From contig CASBQC010000085.1 of NCBI GenBank assembly GCA_949127805.1, forward strand, positions 1 through 30,472: 30,472 nt of DNA, in the 5' to 3' direction. The stretch comes from Nostocales cyanobacterium PMM_0081. Its GTDB lineage: Bacteria > Cyanobacteriota > Cyanobacteriia > Cyanobacteriales > Nostocaceae. The position numbers were made by a program, and so were the translations under genes. Of this stretch, positions 1-6,483 are shown piece after piece; within the stretch, counting starts at the first letter, position 1; every line of letters starts with the position of its first letter. The notes below the pieces were generated by a model that saw only the letters and a program-made list of their open reading frames with translations, searched no databases and was not told where the DNA came from.

Positions 1-17
1 CATAGTAATTAATTGTT

Positions 18-206
18 TTGGCTACGCCAAAAAACATTAATTACTATATCTCTCCACTCCCGCGCATTCATCTCACACCCCGGTATAGTGGGTGTGAGGC
101 TTCTGCTGATCTAGCTAAATTGACAACATCTATTATTGAAAATTGGCAAGGTATCAACGTTAAAGGTGGAAATAATACTATTTCTGGCAATACCTTCAAT
201 TTTTGA
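18..206 (+). pseudogene. Truncated remnant of the N-terminal module ORF preceding NB-ARC/TPR paralog 1
   Basis: Only the Gly/Asn-rich tail (WQGINVKGGNNTISGNTFNF*) resembles the tail of ORF 5992..6423 (VFQGNTFNGTNIF*). All three + frames are closed by stops within nt 1-40, so the long helical part seen in paralog 2 is absent. The ORF ends in a TGA that is in frame with 267..2555. Confidence 0.35.
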
Positions 207-214
207 CCACAGTC

Positions 215-232
215 GTCGGAACGGGAACCGAC
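215..232 (+). promoter_or_regulatory. Small hairpin GTCGG-N8-CCGAC starting 8 nt after the TGA at 204..206
   Basis: 5-bp stem with loop AACGGGAA. The paralogous site 6432..6449 has GTCCG-N8-CGGAC, so the only two substitutions in the element are compensatory. Confidence 0.45.
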
Positions 233-266
233 AAAGTTAAATCCCCTCACCAAAATACCAGATAAT

Positions 267-2555
267 TTGCCCTGGAGTGGGGCGACAAAGTTCGTCGGAC
301 GTGAAAAAGAACTCGCACATCTCCACCAACTATTGCAGGAAAACGACTCTGTAGCAATAGCTGCCGTTGCGGGTATGGGTGGTGTGGGTAAAACTGAATT
401 AGCGTTGCAATATGCACTTTTACAGCGCGAATTTTACTCTGGTGGGATTTGCTGGTGTGGTGTCAAAAGCGGTGATGTGGGTTTGCAAATTGTGCAATTT
501 GCTCGCATTCACTTAGATTTAAACCCCTTGACAGATTTAGATTTAATTGGGCAGGTAAAATACTGTTGGCAGCGCTGGGGTGAGGGTGAAGTGTTGTTAG
601 TGCTGGATGATGTCACTATATATAAGGAAATTCAGCCGTATTTACCGCCTTCATCCTCCCGATTTAAAGTGTTGATGACAACCAGAAAGCACTTCGGGAA
701 GATTCCTAAATTATCATTAGACGTACTGGAACCACAAGCCGCGCTAGATTTGTTGCGAAATCTCGTTAGGAAAGAACGAATTGACCTAACCCCCCTGCCC
801 CCTTCCCTGCAAGGGAAGGGGGAGTTTGATTCCCCTCTCCTTGCAGGAGAGGGGTTAGGGGAGAGGTCAATCGGAGAACTGTTAGCCTTGCAACTGTGTG
901 AAAGGTTGGGATATTTGCCTTTGGGGATAGAGTTAGTTGGACGGTATCTAGCTAGAAAAGAGGATTTGTCCCTCGCAGAAATGTTGCAGAGGTTGGAGAA
1001 AAAGGGACTCAACGAGCGTTCTTTGTCTCAGCGAGAAGACGACATGACAGCACAGCTGGGTGTGCAAGCAGCCTTTGAGTTAAGTTGGGATGAATTAAAC
1101 GACACAGATAAACAACTCGCGTGTTTGCTGAGTTTATTTGCTGCGGCACCGATACCTTGGGAGTTGGTAGAATCTTGCTTACCCGATGTAGATGCAGAAG
1201 AGTTAGAAGAAAGTCGGGACGATATGCTGCTGAATTTGCATTTGCTCCAGCGCAAGGAAAGGGGAATTTATCAACTGCATCCACTGCTGCGAGAATTCTT
1301 TCAAGCGAAGTTGCAAGGGTTAGATGTGGCAGAGGAATTCAAGCGATCGCTTTGTCGAATAATGGTAGCAGTTGCCAAAGATATTCCTGACTCGCTCACC
1401 CTTGAGCAAATCACCATTGTCTCTCCGGCAATACCTCATATAGCTGAAGTAGCAAATCATCTTATTGAATATGTCAGCGATGATGATTTATATTGGGCAT
1501 TGACTGGCAATGGTCAGTTTTACAATGCTCAAGGATTGTATGACAAAGCAGCACTTTGGTATGAGCAGTGTGTAAAAACCACTAAACAACGCTTGGGAGA
1601 AGAACATCCTAATGTCGCCACTAGCCTCAATAACCTCGCGGTACTCTACAGTTACCAAGGCAGATACAGCGAAGCCGAACCCTTACACATCCAAGCTTTG
1701 GCACTCAGGCGCAAACTGCTAGGTGAAGAATATCTTGAGGTTGCAGTTAGCCTCAACAACCTAGCGTTACTCTATTATTTTCAAAGCAAATACAGCGAAG
1801 CCGAACCCTTGTACATACAAGCTTTGGCACTCAAGCGCAAACTGCTAGGTGAAGAACATCTTGATGTCGCACTTAGCCTCAACAACCTAGCGGAACTCTA
1901 TTATTCTCAAGGCAGATACAGCGAAGCCGAACCCTTATACATCCAAGCTTTGGCACTCAGGCGCAAACTGCTAGGTGAAGAACATCCTCATGTCGCACTT
2001 AGCCTCAACAACCTAGGAAAATTTTACAGTTCCCAAAGCAGATACAGCGAAGCCGAACCCTTGTATATCCAAGCTTTGGCACTCAGCCGCAAACTGCTAG
2101 GTGAAGAACATCCTGATGTCGCACTTAGCCTCAACAACCTAGCGTTACTCTATTATTTTCAAAGCAGATACAGCGAAGCCGAACCCTTGTACATCCAAGC
2201 TTTGGCACTCAGGCGCAAACTGCTAGGTGAAGAACATCCTGATGTTGCAGTTAGCCTCAACAACCTAGCGGGATTCTATCGTTCTCAAGGCAGATATAGC
2301 GAAGCCGAACCCTTGTACATACAAGCTTTGGCACTTAACCGCAAACTGCTAGGTGAAGAACATCCCCATGTTGCAGTTAGCCTCAACAACCTAGCGAAGT
2401 TCTACTACTCCCAAACAAGTTACAGCAAAGCTGAACCGTTGTACCTGCAAGCGTTAGATATTTTTGAGCGTCGGTTAGGGGTGAATCATCCCCACACTGT
2501 CAAATGTGGTGAAAATCTGGCAATTCTTCGCGCTGACATGGCTTCACAGCAGTAA
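267..2555 (+). CDS. NB-ARC (APAF-1/R-protein type STAND) NTPase with C-terminal TPR array, paralog 1
   Basis: 762-aa ORF with Walker [12 protein letters not shown], Walker B LLVLDDV and a GLPL-like motif LGYLPLGIELVG. These are followed by seven 42-aa kinesin-light-chain-type TPR units (LGEEHPxVAxSLNNLAxxY). The only start available is TTG at 267, there is no in-frame ATG before the P-loop, and the frame is continuous with the upstream ORF apart from one TGA. Confidence 0.9.
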   Translation: MPWSGATKFVGREKELAHLHQLLQENDSVAIAAVAGMGGVGKTELALQYALLQREFYSGGICWCGVKSGDVGLQIVQFARIHLDLNPLTDLDLIGQVKYCWQRWGEGEVLLVLDDVTIYKEIQPYLPPSSSRFKVLMTTRKHFGKIPKLSLDVLEPQAALDLLRNLVRKERIDLTPLPPSLQGKGEFDSPLLAGEGLGERSIGELLALQLCERLGYLPLGIELVGRYLARKEDLSLAEMLQRLEKKGLNERSLSQREDDMTAQLGVQAAFELSWDELNDTDKQLACLLSLFAAAPIPWELVESCLPDVDAEELEESRDDMLLNLHLLQRKERGIYQLHPLLREFFQAKLQGLDVAEEFKRSLCRIMVAVAKDIPDSLTLEQITIVSPAIPHIAEVANHLIEYVSDDDLYWALTGNGQFYNAQGLYDKAALWYEQCVKTTKQRLGEEHPNVATSLNNLAVLYSYQGRYSEAEPLHIQALALRRKLLGEEYLEVAVSLNNLALLYYFQSKYSEAEPLYIQALALKRKLLGEEHLDVALSLNNLAELYYSQGRYSEAEPLYIQALALRRKLLGEEHPHVALSLNNLGKFYSSQSRYSEAEPLYIQALALSRKLLGEEHPDVALSLNNLALLYYFQSRYSEAEPLYIQALALRRKLLGEEHPDVAVSLNNLAGFYRSQGRYSEAEPLYIQALALNRKLLGEEHPHVAVSLNNLAKFYYSQTSYSKAEPLYLQALDIFERRLGVNHPHTVKCGENLAILRADMASQQ
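785..868 (+). mobile_element. Small palindromic dispersed repeat (MITE-like) inserted in frame inside NB-ARC paralog 1
   Basis: About 84 bp that are absent from paralog 2. It contains two perfect hairpins (CCCCCTTCCCT-GCA-AGGGAAGGGGG and CCCCTCTCCT-TGC-AGGAGAGGGG) plus an outer CTAACCCC/GGGGTTAG pair. It translates as LTPLPPSLQGKGEFDSPLLAGEGLGERS without a stop. Boundaries are approximate. Confidence 0.7.
1593..2474 (+). repeat. Seven tandem 126-bp (42-codon) near-identical TPR-coding units
   Basis: Units start at 1593, 1719, 1845, 1971, 2097, 2223 and 2349. Long stretches are identical at nucleotide level (for example cagatacagcgaagccgaaccctt...caagctttggcactc...cgcaaactgctaggtgaagaacatcct). 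Differences cluster in a few codons. Confidence 0.9.
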
Positions 2556-2604
2556 AATTTAAGTTCTCAGCCTCAACGATGAGGTTCTAAACTCGGCTGT
2601 TATC

Positions 2605-2793
2605 GTTTCAAGTGAGAACGTTCTTGTTTCAAGTGAGAACGTTCTTGTTTCAAGTGAGAACGTTTTCGTTTCAAGTGAGAACGTTTTCGTTTCAAGTGAG
2701 AACGTTCTTGTTTCAAGTGAGAACGTTCTCGTTTCAAGTGAGAACGTTCTTGTTTCAAGTGAGAACGTTCTTGTTTCAACCCAGAACTTTCAC
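2605..2793. repeat. Tandem array of a 21-bp unit GTTTCAAGTGAGAACGTTCTT (8 full copies plus 1 degenerate)
   Basis: Units start at 2605, 2626, 2647, 2668, 2689, 2710, 2731, 2752 and 2773 (degenerate). Each carries the 10-bp palindrome AGAACGTTCT, which is broken to AGAACGTTTT in units 3 and 4. There are no spacers. The 21-bp phase continues as a 19-bp direct repeat TTCACCCTTTTAGCCTCAA at 2789 and 2831. Confidence 0.9.
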
Positions 2794-2949
2794 CCTTTTA
2801 GCCTCAAGGTTTATGCTTTGAAGCTCAACGTTCACCCTTTTAGCCTCAACTTCCAAGTTCCAAGGTTGAATGATGGTGTTGTAACGGTACTAGCTTCTTT
2901 GCGAGACGCTACACATCTTACTTCTTTGAAGAAATACAACAAGCTGCAC

Positions 2950-3120
2950 TAAGAGTGTTCCAATAAATAAATGATCCAAAGCCTGTCATTGCGAATGGAG
3001 CGTTCGCGAAGCGTCTCGTAGAGAAGCGGAATGAAGCAATCGCTGAGTCTTTGCGATTGCTTCGCTTCACTTCGTTGCGCTCGCAATGACAATTGGGCAT
3101 TTTTTTACTTGGAGTACTCT
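2950..3120. mobile_element. MITE-like element with inner inverted repeat GTCATTGCGA...TCGCAATGAC (2985..3090)
   Basis: A perfect 10-bp inverted repeat bounds a 106-bp core, and an outer imperfect pair AGAGTGTTCCAA/TTGGAGTACTCT flanks it. Related fragments occur at 16406..16512 and inside 29555..29645. ORF 2918..3100(-) is a translation of this repeat. Confidence 0.6.
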
Positions 3121-3213
3121 AAAGCGATCGCTTTTATCTTCTCTATTGTAAACATCTCTTTAATTCAGTTAACATATCATTAAATCTCCACACTGAGGTG
3201 CTATAGAGATGGC
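3119..3213 (+). repeat. Copy A of a duplicated promoter/leader segment (uninterrupted)
   Basis: About 95 bp that are near-identical to 4311..4496 once the nested MITE there is removed. It ends exactly at the ATG plus 2 nt of ORF 3209..3448. Confidence 0.8.
3146..3175 (+). promoter_or_regulatory. Candidate sigma70-type promoter (TTGTAA-18 nt-TAACAT) for the 3209..3852 TA operon
   Basis: A -35-like TTGTAA sits at 3146..3151 and a TAnnnT-type -10 TAACAT at 3170..3175. A GAGG Shine-Dalgarno lies about 9 nt before the ATG at 3209. Assigned by pattern only. Confidence 0.3.
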
Positions 3214-3448
3214 AACCCTTAATCTCAATATTGAGCAAATCATCAGATTAGTGAAGCAACTAGCAATTCCAGAGCAGCATATGATATTGCAAGCCATTAA
3301 AGCAGAGGAAGATACTTGGTGGCAAAATAGACTCAATTACGGAGAGATACAGATGCGTTCTTTGAGTACAACACAAGGACTAAACTGGGATCTTATGACT
3401 GAACAGGAGCGAGAAGAATTCATAGACAATATCTTGCACGAGCAATGA
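3209..3448 (+). CDS. Putative antitoxin partner of the downstream PIN toxin
   Basis: 79-aa ORF whose stop overlaps the PIN gene start by 4 nt (ATGA). An SD-like GAGG lies upstream. No family was recognised. Confidence 0.55.
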   Translation: MATLNLNIEQIIRLVKQLAIPEQHMILQAIKAEEDTWWQNRLNYGEIQMRSLSTTQGLNWDLMTEQEREEFIDNILHEQ

Positions 3449-3852
3449 ACTCTTATATAGTTGTTTTCGATACAAACACGCTTTTTTCGGGTTTAGGTTG
3501 GCAAGGCAGTCCCTATCGTTGTTTAGAACTTGCTAGAAACAGGCAGATTGAATCTATAACTTGTCGAGAGATTTTATTAGAGTTACGCGAAAAGTTGCAG
3601 ACAAAGCAAAATCGTTCTCCGATAGACGCAGCTGTTGATATTGAGCAAATTCTTGCTTTTTCGCGCTTGGTAGAAATTCCCAATAACCTGAAAGTTGTTG
3701 TTGATGATCCTGATGATGATATGGTGATCGAGTGTGCAGTTGTAGGACAAGCAACACATATTATTACAGGTGATAAACACTTACTCTCATTAAATAAATA
3801 TCAGGATATTGATATTGTCAAAGCTGCGGATTTTCTCAATTTGCTTGCTTGA
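3445..3852 (+). CDS. PIN-family toxin (PIN_3 / TIGR00305-like)
   Basis: 135 aa with N-terminal VVFDTN, a central DPDDDMVIECA and C-terminal IITGDKHLL, the typical acidic residues of this PIN subfamily. It is a paralog of 29835..30260. Confidence 0.8.
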   Translation: MNSYIVVFDTNTLFSGLGWQGSPYRCLELARNRQIESITCREILLELREKLQTKQNRSPIDAAVDIEQILAFSRLVEIPNNLKVVVDDPDDDMVIECAVVGQATHIITGDKHLLSLNKYQDIDIVKAADFLNLLA

Positions 3853-3874
3853 TATGATGCTCGCTTTTTTGTGC

Positions 3875-4024
3875 TTATGGATAATCTACATTTAGATTGT
3901 AAACTGACAAGCGATCGCCATTCGCGCAGCGTGTCCCTTCGATAATTTCAGCAGCTTGCATCCACTGCTTTTCATCATCTTTTGTCAGGTAGCGTACTAA
4001 AATATTTGTATCAAGTCCAATCAC
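3875..4024 (-). pseudogene. Truncated VapC-like PIN toxin remnant (49 codons)
   Basis: A GTG start overlaps the antitoxin stop. The translation VIGLDTNILVRYLTKDDEKQWMQAAEIIEG matches a VapC N-terminus, then diverges and stops after 49 aa, whereas full-length VapC is about 130 aa. Confidence 0.5.
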
Positions 4025-4256
4025 TTGAGCCTTCTTGAATTGCCGCTTCCATTTCTTCTAAAGTTGCGCTTTTCATCCCCGGACGTTGTAATATCCCAGA
4101 TAAGCTTTGGATAGGGACATTCAGAGGAATCAATTTTACTGTTCCATTTTCATCAATGACAAAATCAACCCTACTACCTGTATTCAGATTAAGATAGTCC
4201 CTAATTTCTTTGGGAATAATTACTTGTCCTTCGGTGGTGATGGTTGCACTAGCCAT
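4011..4256 (-). CDS. AbrB/MazE/SpoVT-family antitoxin
   Basis: 81 aa. The N-terminus TITTEGQVIIPKEIRDYLNLNTGSRVDFVIDENGTVKLIP is a typical looped-hinge-helix (SpoVT-AbrB) fold sequence. Confidence 0.8.
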   Translation of the reverse strand: MASATITTEGQVIIPKEIRDYLNLNTGSRVDFVIDENGTVKLIPLNVPIQSLSGILQRPGMKSATLEEMEAAIQEGSSDWT

Positions 4257-4310
4257 TACTCACGTTCCTTACATAACTTCCTTACTAAAGGATAACTTAT
4301 ATTGACTAAT

Positions 4311-4496
4311 CTAAAAAGCGATCGCTTTTATCTTCTCTATTGTAGACATCGCTTTAATTCAGTAGACATCTCCAGAAAAGACGTAGAGACGTAGCAGTGC
4401 TACGTCTCTACAAGGGTTTTGGGCAACGCGTAATTAATTTTCGGGTCTAGTTAACATATCATTAAATCTCCACACTTGAGGTGCTATAGAGATGGC
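4311..4496 (+). repeat. Copy B of the duplicated promoter/leader segment, interrupted by a MITE
   Basis: Same sequence as 3119..3213, but with about 88 bp inserted between AATTCAG and TTAACAT, which is between the putative -35 and -10 elements. The retained ATG (4492) is followed by only four codons (MALT*). Confidence 0.8.
4363..4449. mobile_element. MITE copy M1 (TAGACATCTCC... family), nested in repeat copy B
   Basis: The left TIR TAGACATCTCCAGAAAAG is intact. The core hairpin is AGACGTAGCA-G-TGCTACGTCT. The right TIR is degraded (TTTTCGGGTCTA). The empty site is visible at 3166..3170. Confidence 0.8.
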
Positions 4497-4611
4497 TCTT
4501 ACGTGATTGCAAATGATGGAGAGCGATGTGTGCGATGATGCTCCGCCTACCCCCATCCAGTACAAAATTAGCTACCATCAATCATAATCTAATTATCTTC
4601 ACAAAACAGAA

Positions 4612-4830
4612 ATGTTAATTACATACACTGCCAAATATACAAAAACTAATAGCGGATATATGGGACAACTTATTGAATGGCAAGAAGTTATCACAGAGGG
4701 AGAAACCATAGAAGAATGCAGAGCTATGTTGCAAGACGCAACTAAAGAAATGATTCTTGCCTATCGTCAACAAAATAAAGAAATTCCCACAAGTGATTCT
4801 TTGCTCGAACAACTTCCTATAGAGGTGTGA
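4612..4830 (+). CDS. hicB: HicB-family antitoxin
   Basis: 72 aa. YTAKYTKTNSGYMGQLIEWQEVITEGETIEECRAMLQDATKEMI fits the HicB/UPF0150 N-terminal fold pattern, and a hicA-like sequence follows. Confidence 0.7.
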   Translation: MLITYTAKYTKTNSGYMGQLIEWQEVITEGETIEECRAMLQDATKEMILAYRQQNKEIPTSDSLLEQLPIEV

Positions 4831-5021
4831 GTGTGTCAGTCTAACGAAAATATTTAGTCAAATACTTAGAATAAAATGGCTTTTATTTATTAAGGGAAGG
4901 AGGAAATCATTCTATTTATACTAATGATCTAAAAACTATTCCTGTAAAACGTCATCGTACTATTGATCGGATTACTGCGAATGAGATTTGTAAACAAGCA
5001 GGTTTATTACCTAATTTTTAA
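4827..5021 (+). pseudogene. hicA: HicA-family toxin with two in-frame TAA stops
   Basis: Frame 3 reads VSVSV*RKYLVKYLE*NGFYLLREGGNHSIYTNDLKTIPVKRHRTIDRITANEICKQAGLLPNF*, with stops at 4842 and 4872. The GTG start overlaps the hicB stop (GTGTGA). The reading is otherwise a recognisable HicA (GGNH, PxxRH motifs). Confidence 0.7.
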
Positions 5022-5117
5022 TTGCTCTGTAATGTGGAATTTAGCGGACATAATGTTACACAGTCCATCTTCCACCTAAAACTTATTAAACCACGCTCGT
5101 GCGATCGCCTTTTTACC

Positions 5118-5477
5118 CTAAAATGGAATCCATTCGAGCCGATTTATCCATTCTTCTGCCTCAGTCGTCTCCCAAACCAGCAAAAGTTCTTGTGACAGTT
5201 CTCCTAATGGTATCCTGTCCCGCACCCAAAATAGTCCCCAAATCTGTCCGCCGGCTGCCCAATGTGCTTCCATATGAGCAGGCATACTAGCACGATTATC
5301 TGTCACCAAGAGCCTTTGCGATCGCTCCAGATATAACAACACATCCGGATCGAGTGTACCTAATTGCGGTGCATTACTTTCACCCACACGTAAGATATCT
5401 ATAGCAGGGTTGAGACGCAGCACAGCCACTTTCAAACGAGGTGATAAATTTTCGTCTAGCAAAAAACGCACTTTCAC
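5118..5477 (-). CDS. DUF5615-family (PIN-like) putative toxin
   Basis: 119 aa starting MKVRFLLDENLSPRL. It overlaps the upstream DUF433 gene by 4 nt. Confidence 0.7.
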   Translation of the reverse strand: MKVRFLLDENLSPRLKVAVLRLNPAIDILRVGESNAPQLGTLDPDVLLYLERSQRLLVTDNRASMPAHMEAHWAAGGQIWGLFWVRDRIPLGELSQELLLVWETTEAEEWINRLEWIPF

Positions 5478-5806
5478 AAAGCATTTACCTGCGGTTGAGT
5501 TCTTTGAGCCTTCACTGCTCTTAAACGTTCTACCACAGGTGAAGGATTAACAGCCCATTCTTGGTAACGCTGTTCGCGCCACTTTGTCAAACGTGACAAG
5601 TAAGCATCAATCTCGGCACGATTATGCAGATAATAAGTAATAGTAGCGTGAATCTGCTCCAAGTTCAAAGAAGGCAAACTAGCTGCAATTTCTTCCGGTG
5701 AATATCCTTCTAAGTAATAATCAAGTACATTATCAATGCCGATGCGGTGTCCTTTCAACCGAATATCATCAGACGATAAAAAGTCAAAATAATCTTCTAA
5801 TAGCAT
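5474..5806 (-). CDS. DUF433-family putative antitoxin
   Basis: 110 aa. The stretch GHRIGIDNVLDYYLEGYSPEEIAASLPSLNLEQIHATITYY matches the DUF433 HTH-like pattern and sits in the usual DUF433-DUF5615 pairing. Confidence 0.7.
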   Translation of the reverse strand: MLLEDYFDFLSSDDIRLKGHRIGIDNVLDYYLEGYSPEEIAASLPSLNLEQIHATITYYLHNRAEIDAYLSRLTKWREQRYQEWAVNPSPVVERLRAVKAQRTQPQVNAL

Positions 5807-5991
5807 CGGTCTACCCGTAAATAGAACTTAATGCCATCTTACGCCTTTTCATGCAGTCCTAAATCATCTTAGTTTGTAGCGCGGACTTACACTTTGCTAA
5901 TTTCAAGCCATATTTTTATGCTTCACCGGAGAAGACAAGCATACACTTGAAGATAGATATAACTGTAATCTCGTACTTAATAGCTTGCTGC

Positions 5992-6423
5992 ATGGAACCT
6001 GTAACACTCACAGCTGTAGCAACAGCGATCGCCACAATAGTTTTAACCAAAGCCCTAGAAAAAACAGGCGAAAAGCTTGGAGAAGCTGCATTAAATGAAA
6101 GTCATAAGTTAATTGAACAGCTACGCAATAAGAATAAGTTACCATTTCTCGCGAATGCAACACAAGAAAACCAAGAGCGATTAGATTATGGCAAAGCAGT
6201 GCTGGAGTTGAAAGCAGCAGCAGATGCAGATACCGAAATTGCCAAATCAGTGCGGTCTGTAGAAGCAGCAGCAAACGCCGATGCACAAGTTGCGCCAAAA
6301 GTCAAAGAGTTAGCAAATGATATCAACTCGCAACCACCAGGCATCATCAATCCGACAAAGTTAGCTGAATCGATTAAAAACGTCTTTCAGGGAAATACTT
6401 TTAACGGTACTAATATCTTTTGA
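5992..6423 (+). CDS. N-terminal helical module ORF preceding NB-ARC/TPR paralog 2
   Basis: ATG at 5992 (the track starts at TTG 5947). It begins with a hydrophobic helix MEPVTLTAVATAIATIVLTKAL, continues with charged or amphipathic helices, and ends in a Gly/Asn-rich tail. The terminal TGA at 6421 is in frame with 6484..8571. No family was recognised with certainty. Confidence 0.6.
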   Translation: MEPVTLTAVATAIATIVLTKALEKTGEKLGEAALNESHKLIEQLRNKNKLPFLANATQENQERLDYGKAVLELKAAADADTEIAKSVRSVEAAANADAQVAPKVKELANDINSQPPGIINPTKLAESIKNVFQGNTFNGTNIF

Positions 6424-6431
6424 CTACAGTC

Positions 6432-6449
6432 GTCCGAACGGGAACGGAC
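6432..6449 (+). promoter_or_regulatory. Small hairpin GTCCG-N8-CGGAC starting 8 nt after the TGA at 6421..6423
   Basis: Same position, loop (AACGGGAA) and spacing as 215..232, with a compensatory C:G versus G:C swap in the stem. Confidence 0.45.
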
Positions 6450-6483
6450 AAAGTTAAATCCCCCCATTATAATACCAGATAAT

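Noticed and set aside
72-98. 9-bp-stem hairpin CTCACACCC-N9-GGGTGTGAG near the window start
   Set aside because: No U-tract follows, so it is not a convincing terminator. It lies in the degraded remnant upstream of paralog 1 and cannot be interpreted without upstream sequence.
204-232. UGA plus downstream hairpin as a selenocysteine (SECIS) site
   Set aside because: The stem is only 5 bp, far smaller than bacterial SECIS elements. No selA/B/C/D genes are seen here and they are generally rare in cyanobacteria. A Sec residue in a low-complexity linker makes no functional sense. Leaky termination or reinitiation is more plausible.
632-1390. Several 75-126-aa ORFs antisense to or out of frame with NB-ARC paralog 1, and the equivalents at 6547..7456 in paralog 2
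   Set aside because: They lie inside a strongly supported CDS, are low-complexity, and are conserved only because the sense gene is duplicated.
2605-2793. Possible CRISPR array
   Set aside because: The units are directly abutting 21-mers with no unique spacers, and no cas genes are in the window. The same applies to 27437..27575.
2612-2821. 69-aa ORF (RTFLFQV repeats) on the + strand
   Set aside because: It is simply the translation of the 21-bp tandem array. It has no start context and the periodic peptide is an artefact.
2918-3100. 60-aa ORF on the minus strand
   Set aside because: It lies wholly within the GTCATTGCGA...TCGCAATGAC MITE. The peptide (FAMTGF, CHCERNEVKRSN) is the usual translation of this repeat.
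5099-5290. 63-aa + strand ORF
   Set aside because: It is antisense to the DUF5615 toxin gene, which has clear family motifs and operon context.
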